Below, piece after piece: positions 1 to 10,550 of a DNA stretch of 64,000 nt. Origin of the DNA: Nitrosopumilus sp. (GTDB lineage: Archaea; Thermoproteota; Nitrososphaeria; Nitrososphaerales; Nitrosopumilaceae); the NCBI GenBank assembly GCA_965205675.1, contig OZ242186.1:192001-256000 (forward strand), in the 5' to 3' direction. Numbering within the stretch: the stretch's first letter is position 1; each line of letters starts with the position of its first letter. Both the position numbers and the translations under genes were made by a program. A model generated the notes under the pieces. The model ran no database searches. It was given only the letters and a program-made list of their open reading frames with translations, and was not told where the DNA came from.

Positions 1-2034
1 GTTCATATCTAATTCCTTGATCTCTTTAAAATCTGAAACTAGTTGAGATAATCTCTGTATACATTCCGAAAGTTTTGCAATATCAGATGGTTTTTCACCT
101 CTTACCCCTTGAAGTAATTTTTGAGTCTTAATTGATGCAATCATATCATCAGCTTCTTTGTTAGTTACTGGCGCAAGTTTGAATGTTACATCTTTGAGAA
201 CTTCAACATAGATTCCACCCATACCAAGCATAATGACAGGACCAAATCCTGGCTCTAGTTTTGAGCCTATGATGAGCTCTTTTCCCCCTTTTACCATTTC
301 GACAATTAATACGCCTTTAATCTCAGCTTTCTTGTTGTATCTTTTGGCATTTTTAATTATGGTTTTAAATGCAGTTTTAATTTCAGCATCGTTTGTCAGG
401 TTTATTTTAACTCCACCTGCATCAGATTTGTGAATAATTTGAGGAGATGCAATTTTCATTACAACAGGATAGCCAATCTTTTTTGCAATTTTTACAGCTT
501 CAGATTCTGATGTAGCAAGTGTGCTTTTTGGTAATGGTAATCCATAAGCTTTGAGAACTTCTTGCCCTTCTTCTTCTAAGAGATTAGGTCTACTTTCCAT
601 CTTGACTTTATCAAATATTTTTTGAGCCTTTGCTTTGTTTACTTTGAATTTTGTAACTGTTCCACTTGATGTTTTAATCCAATTTGAAAAACGAATCATT
701 GCTGCAAGAGTTCTGATTGCACCTTCAGCATATGTATAATATGGAACATCTCCTTTAGCAAAGATTTCTCTATTTGTTATTCCCTCATCTAATCCCATCA
801 AACTTGCAAGCATTGTCTTTTTGTATTTCTTTGACATTGAAACAATAACTTCAGCTAGTTTATCATAGTTTAATGTTCCAGATGGCGTGCACATTGAGAT
901 TACAGAGCCAACCTTTGGATGTTTTAGAACTCTATCTAATACATTCTCAAAGCGATTAAAATCAGCATCACCTACAATATCAACAGGATTTCTAGAGCTT
1001 CCCCAAGGAGGAATTACAGAATCAATTTGTTTTCTAACAGATGTGATATTTGCCATTTTGATATTCAGTTTAGAACATGCGTCAGTTGAAATAATTGCTG
1101 GACCTCCCGCATTTGATACAATTACAAGTTCACCTTTAGACGGAAGTGGTTGTTTTGAAAATGCTGTTGCATAATCAAAGAGTTCTTCCATGGTATTAAC
1201 TCTGATTGCGCCAGACTGTTTGAGTAAAGCATCATAGATTTCATCAGAACCCATCAATGCTCCCGTGTGAGACATTGCAGCTTTTGCACCTTCAGGACTA
1301 CGTCCAGATTTGAGTACCAAAACTGGTTTTTTGAGTTTTTTAGTTATATTTTTACAGATTTTGAGGAATTCTTGACCATCTCCCATATCTTCAAGATACA
1401 TTACGACAACTTTGGTTTGTTTATGATTTGCAAGAATTTTTAGAACGTCGACTTCGCTCATCACAGCTTTATTTCCTAAACTGACAACAGCTGAGAAACC
1501 AATTCCTTGTGCGCTAGCATCTTCAACTAGTGCTGCACATATTGCACCACTTTGTGAAACAAGTGCAATTTTTCCAGACTTTGGTGTAACTTTAAGAAAA
1601 GTAGAATTCATCATTGTTTTTGGATCAAGATTCATGACACCGAGACAATTTGGTCCGATAACTTGCATCTTGTATTTTTTAGCAATATCTTTTACTTGCT
1701 GTTCACGCTTTGCTCCTTCTTCATCTACTTCTTTAAAACCAGCTGTGATAATGATAACGCCTTTGATTTTTTTCTTTCCGCATTCTTCTAAAACAGGAAT
1801 TACAAGTGTATTTTTAATTACGATAACTGCAAGATCAATTGATTTGGGAACATCTAAAACACTTTTGTAAGCTTTTTTAGAAAAAACTTTGTCCCTTGAT
1901 GGACTAATTGGATAAACAATTCCTTTGAACCCATTCATAATATTGGATGTAATAGTGGCTCCAACACTTCCTAGCTTATTAGAAGCACCAATTATTGCAA
2001 TAGATTTTGGAGATAAAATTGCAGAATCTGCCAT
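1..2034 (-). CDS. ADP-forming acyl-CoA ligase, most likely 4-hydroxybutyrate-CoA ligase of the 3HP/4HB cycle (3' end runs off window)
   Basis: ATG at 2034; manual translation MADSAILSPKSIAIIGAS...GPNCLG...SQSGA...GNKA matches ACD-family ligases and, from recall, N. maritimus Nmar_0206; absent from ORF track because truncated. Confidence 0.88.
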   Translation of the reverse strand, partial: MADSAILSPKSIAIIGASNKLGSVGATITSNIMNGFKGIVYPISPSRDKVFSKKAYKSVLDVPKSIDLAVIVIKNTLVIPVLEECGKKKIKGVIIITAGFKEVDEEGAKREQQVKDIAKKYKMQVIGPNCLGVMNLDPKTMMNSTFLKVTPKSGKIALVSQSGAICAALVEDASAQGIGFSAVVSLGNKAVMSEVDVLKILANHKQTKVVVMYLEDMGDGQEFLKICKNITKKLKKPVLVLKSGRSPEGAKAAMSHTGALMGSDEIYDALLKQSGAIRVNTMEELFDYATAFSKQPLPSKGELVIVSNAGGPAIISTDACSKLNIKMANITSVRKQIDSVIPPWGSSRNPVDIVGDADFNRFENVLDRVLKHPKVGSVISMCTPSGTLNYDKLAEVIVSMSKKYKKTMLASLMGLDEGITNREIFAKGDVPYYTYAEGAIRTLAAMIRFSNWIKTSSGTVTKFKVNKAKAQKIFDKVKMESRPNLLEEEGQEVLKAYGLPLPKSTLATSESEAVKIAKKIGYPVVMKIASPQIIHKSDAGGVKINLTNDAEIKTAFKTIIKNAKRYNKKAEIKGVLIVEMVKGGKELIIGSKLEPGFGPVIMLGMGGIYVEVLKDVTFKLAPVTNKEADDMIASIKTQKLLQGVRGEKPSDIAKLSECIQRLSQLVSDFKEIKELDMN

Positions 2035-2444
2035 GATAAAATGATTTTAAGATTTTGTATAATAAAGTTATTCTCAGAAATTTTTGATCTCTTGTTTTTA
2101 GCTTCCCAGCATTTTTCCAGCCAAATTTTCTTTTCTAGAAACCAAAACAATTGATAAATTAGAATATTTTCCAAGAATCTTCCATGTTTTATAGGTGAAA
2201 TTTCTTAATTCTTCATTATTTATTGCGAATTCATGATTCAATTGATTTACAGTATTTTTAGAATATCACTGTAAATCATAATTTCTTCATTTGAACCAAC
2301 GTATTTGTTTAATGTGGAAATTATAACCAAATATTCAGTCTGATTGTTAGTAAGTTTAGGTTGTTTTTCATAAAATGATCTCCAGTTTCTTTTACAAAAT
2401 AACCCTATCTACTATTTGTTCCACTAGAATCATCAACGTAAATG

Positions 2445-2888
2445 CTAAGACTCATGTTTATACAACCTCGTAATCTTTACACTAAGATTTAACACTATCA
2501 TGTAAATAATTGTAGATATTACTTGTGAGATAATTGATGCCAAGTATGGATCATAGTTTATTGCTAAGAAAGAATATTGTAATATCCATCTACATACAGT
2601 ATAAACAGCTTCAGCGATCCCTAGTGACGTAATTAATTTTTTTAAATCATGTTTTAGTTTTTCAGTATCATTATTACCAGACTTTAATCTGTATTTTTTT
2701 CTATTATCTAAATGAAATAAACTACTAAAAACTGAAAAATAGATTACATAATCCACAATTGTTGTGTATGTTGTATTTAGATAATCATCTTGATCAGATA
2801 AGAGTTGAGCAATTACAGATGAAATAATTATTGATGCTGCAAGTGCAATGAGAATATTTTTATTTAATGTGACATATGCTTGTAACAC
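2445..2888 (-). CDS. Hypothetical membrane protein (GtrA-like topology)
   Basis: 147 aa with about 4 hydrophobic helices. Confidence 0.6.
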   Translation of the reverse strand: MLQAYVTLNKNILIALAASIIISSVIAQLLSDQDDYLNTTYTTIVDYVIYFSVFSSLFHLDNRKKYRLKSGNNDTEKLKHDLKKLITSLGIAEAVYTVCRWILQYSFLAINYDPYLASIISQVISTIIYMIVLNLSVKITRLYKHES

Positions 2889-2923
2889 TATTTTAAACCA
2901 TTTTTGTTACAATTAAACTAAGG

Positions 2924-3208
2924 TTATTCAAGGGTAATCTTAAGAAATATTATTAATCCTACAAATTCAGCTATTCCAACTCCAAGCATGTATGGGAAAA
3001 TCTCATGAGAAAATATCATTTCATGTGAGAAATAACCAATTGCACCAATCACATTATGTAAAATCAGCATGCTTGCAACTACAATCATTCCCAAAGGTAG
3101 TTGAGCTTGTGTTTTACGATACATATTTCCAAAAATAACAATCAAGATTCCCAAAATTCCCATATTTGTAACAGATACAATAGATAGAATTAATGAAGTA
3201 GGTTCCAT
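2924..3208 (-). CDS. Small 3-TM membrane protein
   Basis: 94 aa, three hydrophobic segments, co-oriented downstream of HTH gene. Confidence 0.7.
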   Translation of the reverse strand: MEPTSLILSIVSVTNMGILGILIVIFGNMYRKTQAQLPLGMIVVASMLILHNVIGAIGYFSHEMIFSHEIFPYMLGVGIAEFVGLIIFLKITLE

Positions 3209-3233
3209 TTAATCAAAAACATCTTTAGATCTT

Positions 3234-3536
3234 TTATTTACTTTTATCCAATTTCCCTTCAATTTTTTCAAATGTCTCCATATTAGCTTCCAAAAACATT
3301 GAGATAAAATAAATTACATTGTATTTTTCTCCAATTTTGCTTATCATGTTATTTTTTTCCAATACTCGAATATGATGTTGAATAGCCTTGTAATCAAGAC
3401 CCAATTCTTTTGCCAATTGATTTGTGTTAAACGGATTTTCTTTTAATTTTGAAATTATTTTTAGTCGGTTCAATCCACCTCGCGAACCTGTAAATATAAA
3501 CCACAAGAGTCTTTTTGCATCAGGATCATTGGCCAT
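3234..3536 (-). CDS. ArsR-type winged-helix transcription regulator
   Basis: GSRGGLNRLKII...NTNQLAKELGLDYKAIQHHIRVLE archaeal ArsR/HTH signature. Confidence 0.85.
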   Translation of the reverse strand: MANDPDAKRLLWFIFTGSRGGLNRLKIISKLKENPFNTNQLAKELGLDYKAIQHHIRVLEKNNMISKIGEKYNVIYFISMFLEANMETFEKIEGKLDKSK

Positions 3537-3639
3537 AAGTTATGAAATTTCTCTATATTTAGTACTAAAAGGTATTCTAAGATAGTATTAGTTCTATCCC
3601 CAAATTAGTTCATTCATCATTTCCAGACTAAAGTCAAGA

Positions 3640-3988
3640 TATGTTTGGAAAAGAGGAAATAATTACAGTCCTGCAAAAACTAGATCTAATCCAAGTATCA
3701 TGAATAAACAAGTCAAAAGAGAGCAGAGCCAAGAATGCATGTGTGGCCTCCTCATCCATGAAGGTATCTGTTCGTTGGATACAGAAACTCTACTCACGAT
3801 ATTACAAGACTGAAACAGTTTCATTCAACCCTGGAAGAAGGATCAAAGAGAATAATCACAGATTAGATGAGACAAGCTGTACACTCGGCATTTGATAAAT
3901 TCAAGTGTTGTGCAGGTGTTCCTAGAAAGAATAATTGGTTCAGTGGAATACACATGCCACACAAGATGATCCCTCACGATTCATCATA
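3640..3988 (+). pseudogene. 5' remnant of IS481-like transposase
   Basis: DNA similar to reverse complement of about 56740-56940 (tcgttggatacagaaactctactc, RWIQKLYSRY); frameshifted; cut by an IS5-like end at 3989. Confidence 0.55.
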
Positions 3989-4503
3989 AGACCTCTTGCG
4001 TAATTACAAACAAAATCTTACCTTTCACTGAATTTAGTTTCAAATAATTTCTAATCTTATGGAATCACAACAAACTCTTGCTTCCATCTTGTCTTGAAAT
4101 TTACAATTTCACATACGATGTCACTTATTGCATCATACCTGCACAATCTATTCCTAAATGTCTCAGAATTAATCCTAAACTTTTTGATTTGAGAGATGAT
4201 GTGCTCCACTTTAATTTTGATTTTGGATTGCAGTTTATTCCATTCTTTTTGAGTGATGGTTAATTTTTGATCTTTCTTTTTCTTGTATGGTAGAATGCTT
4301 GTCTGTTCTGGGAAATCTTTTTCCACTCCCAAATACCCAAGGTCATAAAATATCATCACATCTTCGTGTAGTGCAGGATGCTCTATTTTCAATATGGCAT
4401 AATCATGTTACCTGTAGAATGTGGAGGTTTGTGGATTATCTCACCTTTCTGGTTTACGGTGTTTAGTTTTTTACCGTATGTTTTTTCTTTTTGCCAGAAT
4501 AGT
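3989..4503 (-). mobile_element. Truncated IS5-like (DDE_Tnp_4-type) element, 3' half
   Basis: TIR agacctcttgcgtaatta at 3989; ORF 4057-4392 with YDLGYLG, PYKKKK and KVEH motifs; 5' part replaced by MITE-A. Confidence 0.75.
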
Positions 4504-4643
4504 AGACGTCTTGCGTAATTATTTCTAGGCGTGAATTTTGCTGCAGGATTTTTCAAATTGGTTGAGAAATTTGAATTTTCAGGTATGAATTCTGTTAAAA
4601 TACAAAATTTGAGAAAAAATCTCTATAATTACGCAAGAGGTCT
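4504..4643. mobile_element. MITE-A (140 bp) with IS5-like TIRs
   Basis: TIRs agacgtcttgcgtaatta / taattacgcaagaggtct; inverted copy at 33331-33470. Confidence 0.9.
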
Positions 4644-4766
4644 ATAGAAGAGGCACTAACAAATATCAAAGAAGCCGTTAGTCTTTATCTTGAAGAATTA
4701 CCAGATACAAAAAACACAATAGAAAATATGGATATGGTTGGTGCATTAAGTGTCGAAATTCCCTAG
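4644..4766 (+). pseudogene. hicB: C-terminal remnant of HicB-family antitoxin
   Basis: IEEALTNIKEAVSLYLEE motif; N-terminus lost at the MITE-A junction. Confidence 0.75.
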
Positions 4767-4980
4767 ACTTGCAGGAAATTAAATAGTAAAAATTCTTGTT
4801 GATGACTTTGATTTTCAAATCTCACGTCAGAGAGATAGTCACATTGTTTTGCATAGATTTCTAAAAGGTAGAAAGACAGTTACGGTTGTTCCGTTGCACA
4901 AAGAGGTGAAGGTTGGGACTATTTTTGGTATTTTGTCACTTGCAGAAATCAAAAAAGAAGATTTTTTGAAAAAATTATGA
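4750..4980 (+). pseudogene. hicA: HicA-family toxin with premature stop
   Basis: GTG start; MSKFPRLAGN*IVKIL...RQRDSHIVL...VVPLHKEVKVGT; TAA at 4780-4782. Confidence 0.8.
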
Positions 4981-5303
4981 TAGAATAATTCTCAAAGTTT
5001 CTGGTGCAAAATAGTGATCAGATCACCAAAATTCACCAGAGCCCAATTCACACGGATGCATCTTGATGACCATCTTGCTGGAATGCTTTTCTTTGGAATT
5101 TTTCATAAATCTTTGTTTGCAATCTTTTATGAGTATGATGACAATGTATCACAAAAAACGGGCTTTAACTAGAATCATTCCATGACATCCCATGAAACAT
5201 CATGATGCATTTTTAAATTTATTCCAGGATATGCACTCCTATGTGCATAGATTTCATTAATTTCATAGGTTTTAGGAATTTCAAGTCTGATATTCTTTGT
5301 TTA

Positions 5304-6397
5304 TGCCCCAGATCATAAGTCTTTTCAATTTACTGTTCTTGCAAAATAATACATATTCAAATTAAATTTGTGGGTTCTAAAATATTCCATAACTGTATGC
5401 CTCATTTCATGAATAGATTCATAAAATTCTGATTCAACATTAACATGTTTGCTTTGTCTCCAAATCTCTTCAATCATACTCAAATGTGGAGAACCTCTTG
5501 GAAGATATGCCAGTTTGACATCTTTGTTTTTGTGCAGATATTTTTTTACATCATTAGCTTTGTGTTGTGGTGCCCTATCGACGATAACAAATATTTTTCC
5601 AAATTTTCTACGAGCTGCTTCCAAATAGTCTATAAATGCAATTGAATTAAATTTTTCATACGATCTAAAAAAACTTTGATTATCATCAGTCATCATTTCC
5701 ATAAACCAAAAATCTTTGATGTGATCCTCTCCAACGTACAATTAATCTTTGGTGTGCATCTGTCCAGTATTTTTTACCAAGACGTACATCGTCTACAAAT
5801 ACAGACTCGTCTTGGATAAATACTGTAAAACCTTTCTTTTTTGCCTTTTCTATGCGTGAAATGATGCGGTTTTTCCACTTGCGGCATGCATCCTTGGATG
5901 CGGCACGTACATGTAGTTTTTGTGGAACCTTTGGTTTTAGATTCCATTTATGCATCAAACGACGCACGTGAGTGATATGATATGTAATGCGTGTTCTGTA
6001 AAATATGAATTGTATCAGTTTTTTTGGAGTCATGTCGTCTGAAATTTTCTTAAATGTACGCTCTATTTTTTGTAATTTTTTGTGTGAGATTAATGGCGGA
6101 CGGCCAGAACGAGGGAGATCCTCCAGGCCTTCTAGTCCGTATTTTTCAAATGAATCAAGCCAATTCCTTACAGAATTATATGTACAAAACATTTGGTTGG
6201 CAGTTTCAGCAATTGTAGATTTATTGATTTTAATCTTACACATTGCATGTAATCTTGTTTTTTTGTGAATATTTTTTTCTTTTTTGTAGGCCTGGAGTAA
6301 CTCGTCATTTGTGATGTCCATGAAATTATTTCTAACTACTGATCAAAAAGTATTACTATTTGTTTTGAAAAATTGCAAAGAATGATGCTCCAAGGTA
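5304..6397 (-). mobile_element. IS630-family element type A, copy 1 (frameshifted transposase, ORFs 5686-6321 and 5325-5741)
   Basis: PRSGRPP, QDES, VDRAPQH and IEEIW motifs; TA flanks; near-identical to 29530-30619. Confidence 0.93.
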
Positions 6398-6437
6398 TAT
6401 GCTTATATTGAGATTTTTTTTGTCAGAATTTAATAAC

Positions 6438-7457
6438 ATGAAAAATGATAAAAAAGTACAGACCGTATTATTTGCCGGAATAATTGGTATGATGATTCTG
6501 CCATTTAGTACGATGAATGTAGCAGATGCAGTAGAACTACCCGATGATAAATTTTCGGTAAAAGAAAAATTAAAGGAGAAAATGTTTGAATTATATGAAA
6601 AGGACAAAAAAGAGAAAGATACTGGCACAAAACATACGTCTGAAGAATATGGAATACCATACAACCTCGTTTTTGAAAAGAATGGAAAATTGATTGTAGG
6701 CATTGATGCCAAAAAGACATTGGAATTTGACGAAGAGTATTCCAAAAACGATGTAAAGTCTGATCTTGACACATCAATGGATATGGATATTAAATATTAC
6801 GTATTTGAGAGGGAATCTAATGTACGAGCTGGCGATGCTTTGTCACATAATCTACAGTCTTCAACTATTACCGTAGTAAAAAATAACAAAATCATAACCA
6901 CCGGTCATGCTTTTAATCTGAATGACATTGTAAGTGCGGGATTGGTTGGCGGAGTAGGTTGTCAAGAAGTTAGAATTACACATGACAATAACTACAGTGG
7001 GGCATATGCCGATGCATCTTATGGATTTGATACATACAATTCTGATTGCGACAATAACTATGTCAATGACTCACTACACTACAATGGTAATAATTATTCT
7101 GTTACCTATGGAACTGCAAGTGACATCACACTAAACAAATTCATCAGAATTGCAGGTATTATAACTACAAGTAGTGGACATATTCTAGACACTGATGTTA
7201 CTGCCAAAACTCCTGAAGGTCTCTTAAATGATCAGGTCATAGGAACTTATTCAAGTACAAATGGTGATAGTGGAGCCCCAATTTTCTCAATTACCGGATC
7301 CTCCACAGTCAAACTCTTAGGTCAACATGTGGGCAGAGCTTGTGAAGTGGATCTCAACAGTGAAACAAACTACGCTTACTGGTGCAATTCCGACATGGAA
7401 GGAGGATTGAAATTCTTCTCTCCATGGGATCAAGTAAAATCACATTTGGGAATTTAA
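6438..7457 (+). CDS. Secreted trypsin-like (S1/PA clan) serine protease with propeptide
   Basis: Signal peptide MKNDKKVQTVLFAGII...ADA; catalytic-triad-like motifs TTGHAF, ADASY, NGDSGAP; start reassigned to 6438 by comparison with paralogous leaders. Confidence 0.8.
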   Translation: MKNDKKVQTVLFAGIIGMMILPFSTMNVADAVELPDDKFSVKEKLKEKMFELYEKDKKEKDTGTKHTSEEYGIPYNLVFEKNGKLIVGIDAKKTLEFDEEYSKNDVKSDLDTSMDMDIKYYVFERESNVRAGDALSHNLQSSTITVVKNNKIITTGHAFNLNDIVSAGLVGGVGCQEVRITHDNNYSGAYADASYGFDTYNSDCDNNYVNDSLHYNGNNYSVTYGTASDITLNKFIRIAGIITTSSGHILDTDVTAKTPEGLLNDQVIGTYSSTNGDSGAPIFSITGSSTVKLLGQHVGRACEVDLNSETNYAYWCNSDMEGGLKFFSPWDQVKSHLGI

Positions 7458-7472
7458 TTTTTTTTATTTACA

Positions 7473-8054
7473 ATGAACAAAAATATTTTAATGATATTTA
7501 CAATTCTAATTTTCACATCTGCACATACTACATTGGCTTTTGGTGAACATATAGAAGGTATCTTGACTGCAGAAGAATTTAGTGAGGCCATAAATAAATT
7601 CGCCAGAGATGGAGATTATGTACAGCAATACGTTGACTTTTTCATCACTGATCATGAGTGGTATCGTGTTTATGGTTTGGCAAATGGTGATCCTGAAAAA
7701 GCAATTGAGATTTTCAATCATTCTGATTACCCATTCAATGTTTTTGATCTTAATGGACAATCAATCACATGGATTGATGATAAACGTCTTATTGACCCAG
7801 AATTTGATGTATTATTTGTACATGAGATTTTAGATTACAAAAGTGATCAACAAGATTTGGGAATCTTGCTATTAATTGATGAGAGATATGCAAATCAGGA
7901 AAACTATGATCGATATGAGGAACTTCTTAGGCCCATTATCAGCATGCACCTCCCTATGACATTTCAAGTGTATCAACCAGTAACTAATGCATCTGATTAT
8001 GAAGATTTTTATTTCACATGCCAAAGAATTTCAAGTGTATCAACCAGTAACTAA
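7473..8054 (+). CDS. Secreted hypothetical protein, partner of the serine protease (C-terminus probably disrupted)
   Basis: Signal peptide ending TLAFG; starts 15 bp after protease stop; 30-bp duplication near 3' end. Confidence 0.65.
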   Translation: MNKNILMIFTILIFTSAHTTLAFGEHIEGILTAEEFSEAINKFARDGDYVQQYVDFFITDHEWYRVYGLANGDPEKAIEIFNHSDYPFNVFDLNGQSITWIDDKRLIDPEFDVLFVHEILDYKSDQQDLGILLLIDERYANQENYDRYEELLRPIISMHLPMTFQVYQPVTNASDYEDFYFTCQRISSVSTSN

Positions 8055-8057
8055 TGC
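7961..8057 (+). repeat. Perfect 30-bp direct repeat, two copies, 37 bp apart
   Basis: atttcaagtgtatcaaccagtaactaatgc at 7961-7990 and 8028-8057. Confidence 0.9.
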
Positions 8058-8111
8058 CAGTTAGTTGGGAAAACATTGATACTCATCTTGAATTAGATGA
8101 TCAACTGAATC

Positions 8112-8163
8112 CAGTAGATGGGAAAGTAACTCAATTTAGATCAAAAACTATCAATTATTCAAT
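8112..8163 (+). mobile_element. Left-end remnant of ISH3-like element
   Basis: Matches the first 52 bp of 23529-24846; truncated by IS3. Confidence 0.85.
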
Positions 8164-9405
8164 TGGAGTGGACTCCTGTTTTTAGTACCACTTTTTGCAT
8201 AATCTTACATACAGTCTGATTCATTTATGTTTTCATCTCCCATAACTCCATGAATTCATCAGGAGTAAGGTATCCTAACGCTGAATGAATCCTGGAACCA
8301 TTGTAATCGATTCGTGCTTTCTCTAGAGCAACTTCGGCTTCCTGATAGTTTGCAAACTCGTACCTCCACAAGTATTCCTTCTTGAGTGTCTTGTGGAATG
8401 ATTCGACATGTCCGTTTTGTTCTGGCGTGTGGTGCCAGATGAATTCGTGTCTTATTCCAAGTAGAACAACTGCTTTTCTGAAATCTCGGCTGTTGTATTG
8501 CGAACCGTTGTCAGTTCTGAGAATCAGTTTTGTGCAATCAGGCTTTGCAGTAGCTACTGCATTAATGATGCTGTTAATTGCAGTGCTCTTTGGAGCTGCC
8601 ACATCAAATGAATGCCAAATCCATTTCCTGCTAAATGCATCAATCACGTTAAAGCAGTAGCACCATCTGTCAACTCCACACCAGACATATGTGATGTCTG
8701 TCTGCCACAACTGGTTTGGTGCATCAGGCTTGAATAATGTTCTGGCAGATTTGATGATGTCATTTTTGGTCTTTTTAGGCTCAATCCAGCCCAATTTGTG
8801 AAATATTCTTCTGATTTGTTTTCTGTTTACAGGCTTGTTCAGTTCCCTTGAGACTTGGGATGCCATGCGTCTGGTTCCATAAGTTGGCCTTTGTTTTCCA
8901 ATCTTTTGAACTACATCAGTTACTGCAGGATCTGTCTGAATCCTTCTTGGTGACTTTGAGTAATACCATTTGCATTTTGAGACTCCAATTAATAACAATG
9001 ACTTGTTCAAACTGATGTGTTTGTTCAGTTGATTCACTGCAGTCATCTTTTCTGGTTCTCCAACGTTTTTTTTAAAATGTCATTGGCAATTGTGATCTCG
9101 CCGATTAGTTTTTTGAGGGAATCATTTTCCTTTTGCAGATTCTTGCAGACATCTCCGTTTGGTGTGCCATTTAATGATGCCTTGCCACCTTCTACAAATC
9201 GTTCCCTCCATTGGTAGAATGTCTGTGGATGAATATTGTACTTTCTGCACAACTCTGCAGTTGCAATGTTTGTGTTTAGTGACTCTAAAACCACTCTTGA
9301 CTTTTCTGCTGATGTGAATTTGCTCTTTACCATGAGGGTAAGCCTCCCAAGTTATCTGAAAAGTGTATGTATGCTACCGGTCCTACTCTAGAGGGGACCA
9401 GACCA
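8164..9405 (-). mobile_element. IS3-family element, copy 1 (orfA 9043-9333, orfB 8225-9046)
   Basis: TG...CA ends, HTH OrfA, DDE OrfB (WQTDITY, TDNGSQY, ESFHKTLK); 1242 bp like copy 2; flanks CAAT/GTCT show no TSD. Confidence 0.95.
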
Positions 9406-9681
9406 GTCTAGTTCATCATTCTTTTTCAAATTAAGAAGCCTTGCAAACTCTATTGGAATGGTAACCTTTGTGGAATAGTATCTCTGATTCTGATATGTCT
9501 TTGTGAGCTTTTGCCTTACTTTAACAGGTGTCGAGTCTTTTGGTTGCTTTGTGTGCAGTCGTATGGTCCTAGTCTTTTTAGATGCTGTAGCATGTAAAAT
9601 CATGCCTTCTTGCAATGGTATTGTCTCTGCTGTTTTGTAGGGGATTTATGACATTGTATGAATCATGTCGCTGTATTCCAT
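9406..9681 (-). pseudogene. AbrB/MazE-like DNA-binding protein remnant truncated by IS3
   Basis: YYSTKVTIPIEFARLLNLKKNDELD motif; in-frame stop near 5' end. Confidence 0.55.
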
Positions 9682-9920
9682 AGTTTTCCTTTTTTATCTT
9701 TGAGAATACCTGAAGTTTTGGCATTATCGTATCATGGGAAAAATTGAATTTAAAGGAAGAAAAAAGCAGACTATATTTTTGATGATTCCAAATAACCGGT
9801 TTACTTGATTCTCTTATCTGCCTGTCTGTATCTAAAATGATTCGCTCTTTTGGCAGTCTTTGATTTGTGAACCAGACCGTACATTTGACACAATTATCAT
9901 CTTTTATTTCAGGTCATATG

Positions 9921-10026
9921 GTCAACTTACAAGACAGAAACAAGAGTTTGTTGTGATATCTCAGAAATTATTTGAAATTAAATTCAATGAAAGAAGAGAT
10001 TTTGTCTGCAATTACGCAAGAGGTCT
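9921..10026 (+). mobile_element. IS5-like right-end fragment
   Basis: Similar to reverse complement of 3989-4090, ends caattacgcaagaggtct. Confidence 0.75.
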
Positions 10027-10548
10027 ATTGGTGACAATCTCAACATGTACTTTTCCCTTTCTTTTCAATATACCAAATACAATTGTCTTGTTCTTGGCAC
10101 CTCTGCCACGATTTCCCTTTCTTTTTCCTCCAAAATAGGCCTCATCAGCCTCAATCTGACCCTTTAGAACATCATCTGTTTTGGATTGTTCTTCAAGTAT
10201 TGAGAATCTCATGATGTCAAAAGAATGCAATGCGGTAGGATAACTAACACCAACTTCTTTTGCTGCACGTCTTGCACTAATCCCAAGATCAAATAGTTTG
10301 ATTAGAACCAATCATTTTGGATAATCAATATTGATGATACCAAACTGTGTATCTGAGAATGGTTTGTAGTTTGTCTTACATTTACTGCATCTTAAATTCC
10401 CTCTGCTCATCAGATAATATTTTGGAGAATCACACTTGGGACAACATACAGAACTTGTACTGTTGAATCTTTTACACAGAAATTTTAATGATGTTGATTT
10501 ATCTGAAACTATTTTGGATAACTCAATGATATTGATAGTTTTTTCCAA
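10027..10548 (-). pseudogene. IS1595-family transposase remnant
   Basis: Zn ribbon CPKC...CSKC, EADEAYFGGKRKGNRGRGA; internal stop at 10312; truncated by IS5-like end. Confidence 0.85.
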
Positions 10549-10550
10549 TA

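Noticed and set aside
233-1870. Plus-strand ORFs 233-433, 887-1174 and 1634-1870 (and similar antisense ORFs elsewhere)
   Set aside because: Shadow frames opposite well-supported genes
7961-8057. Mini CRISPR array
   Set aside because: Only two repeats, inside a coding region, with no leader or cas genes in the window
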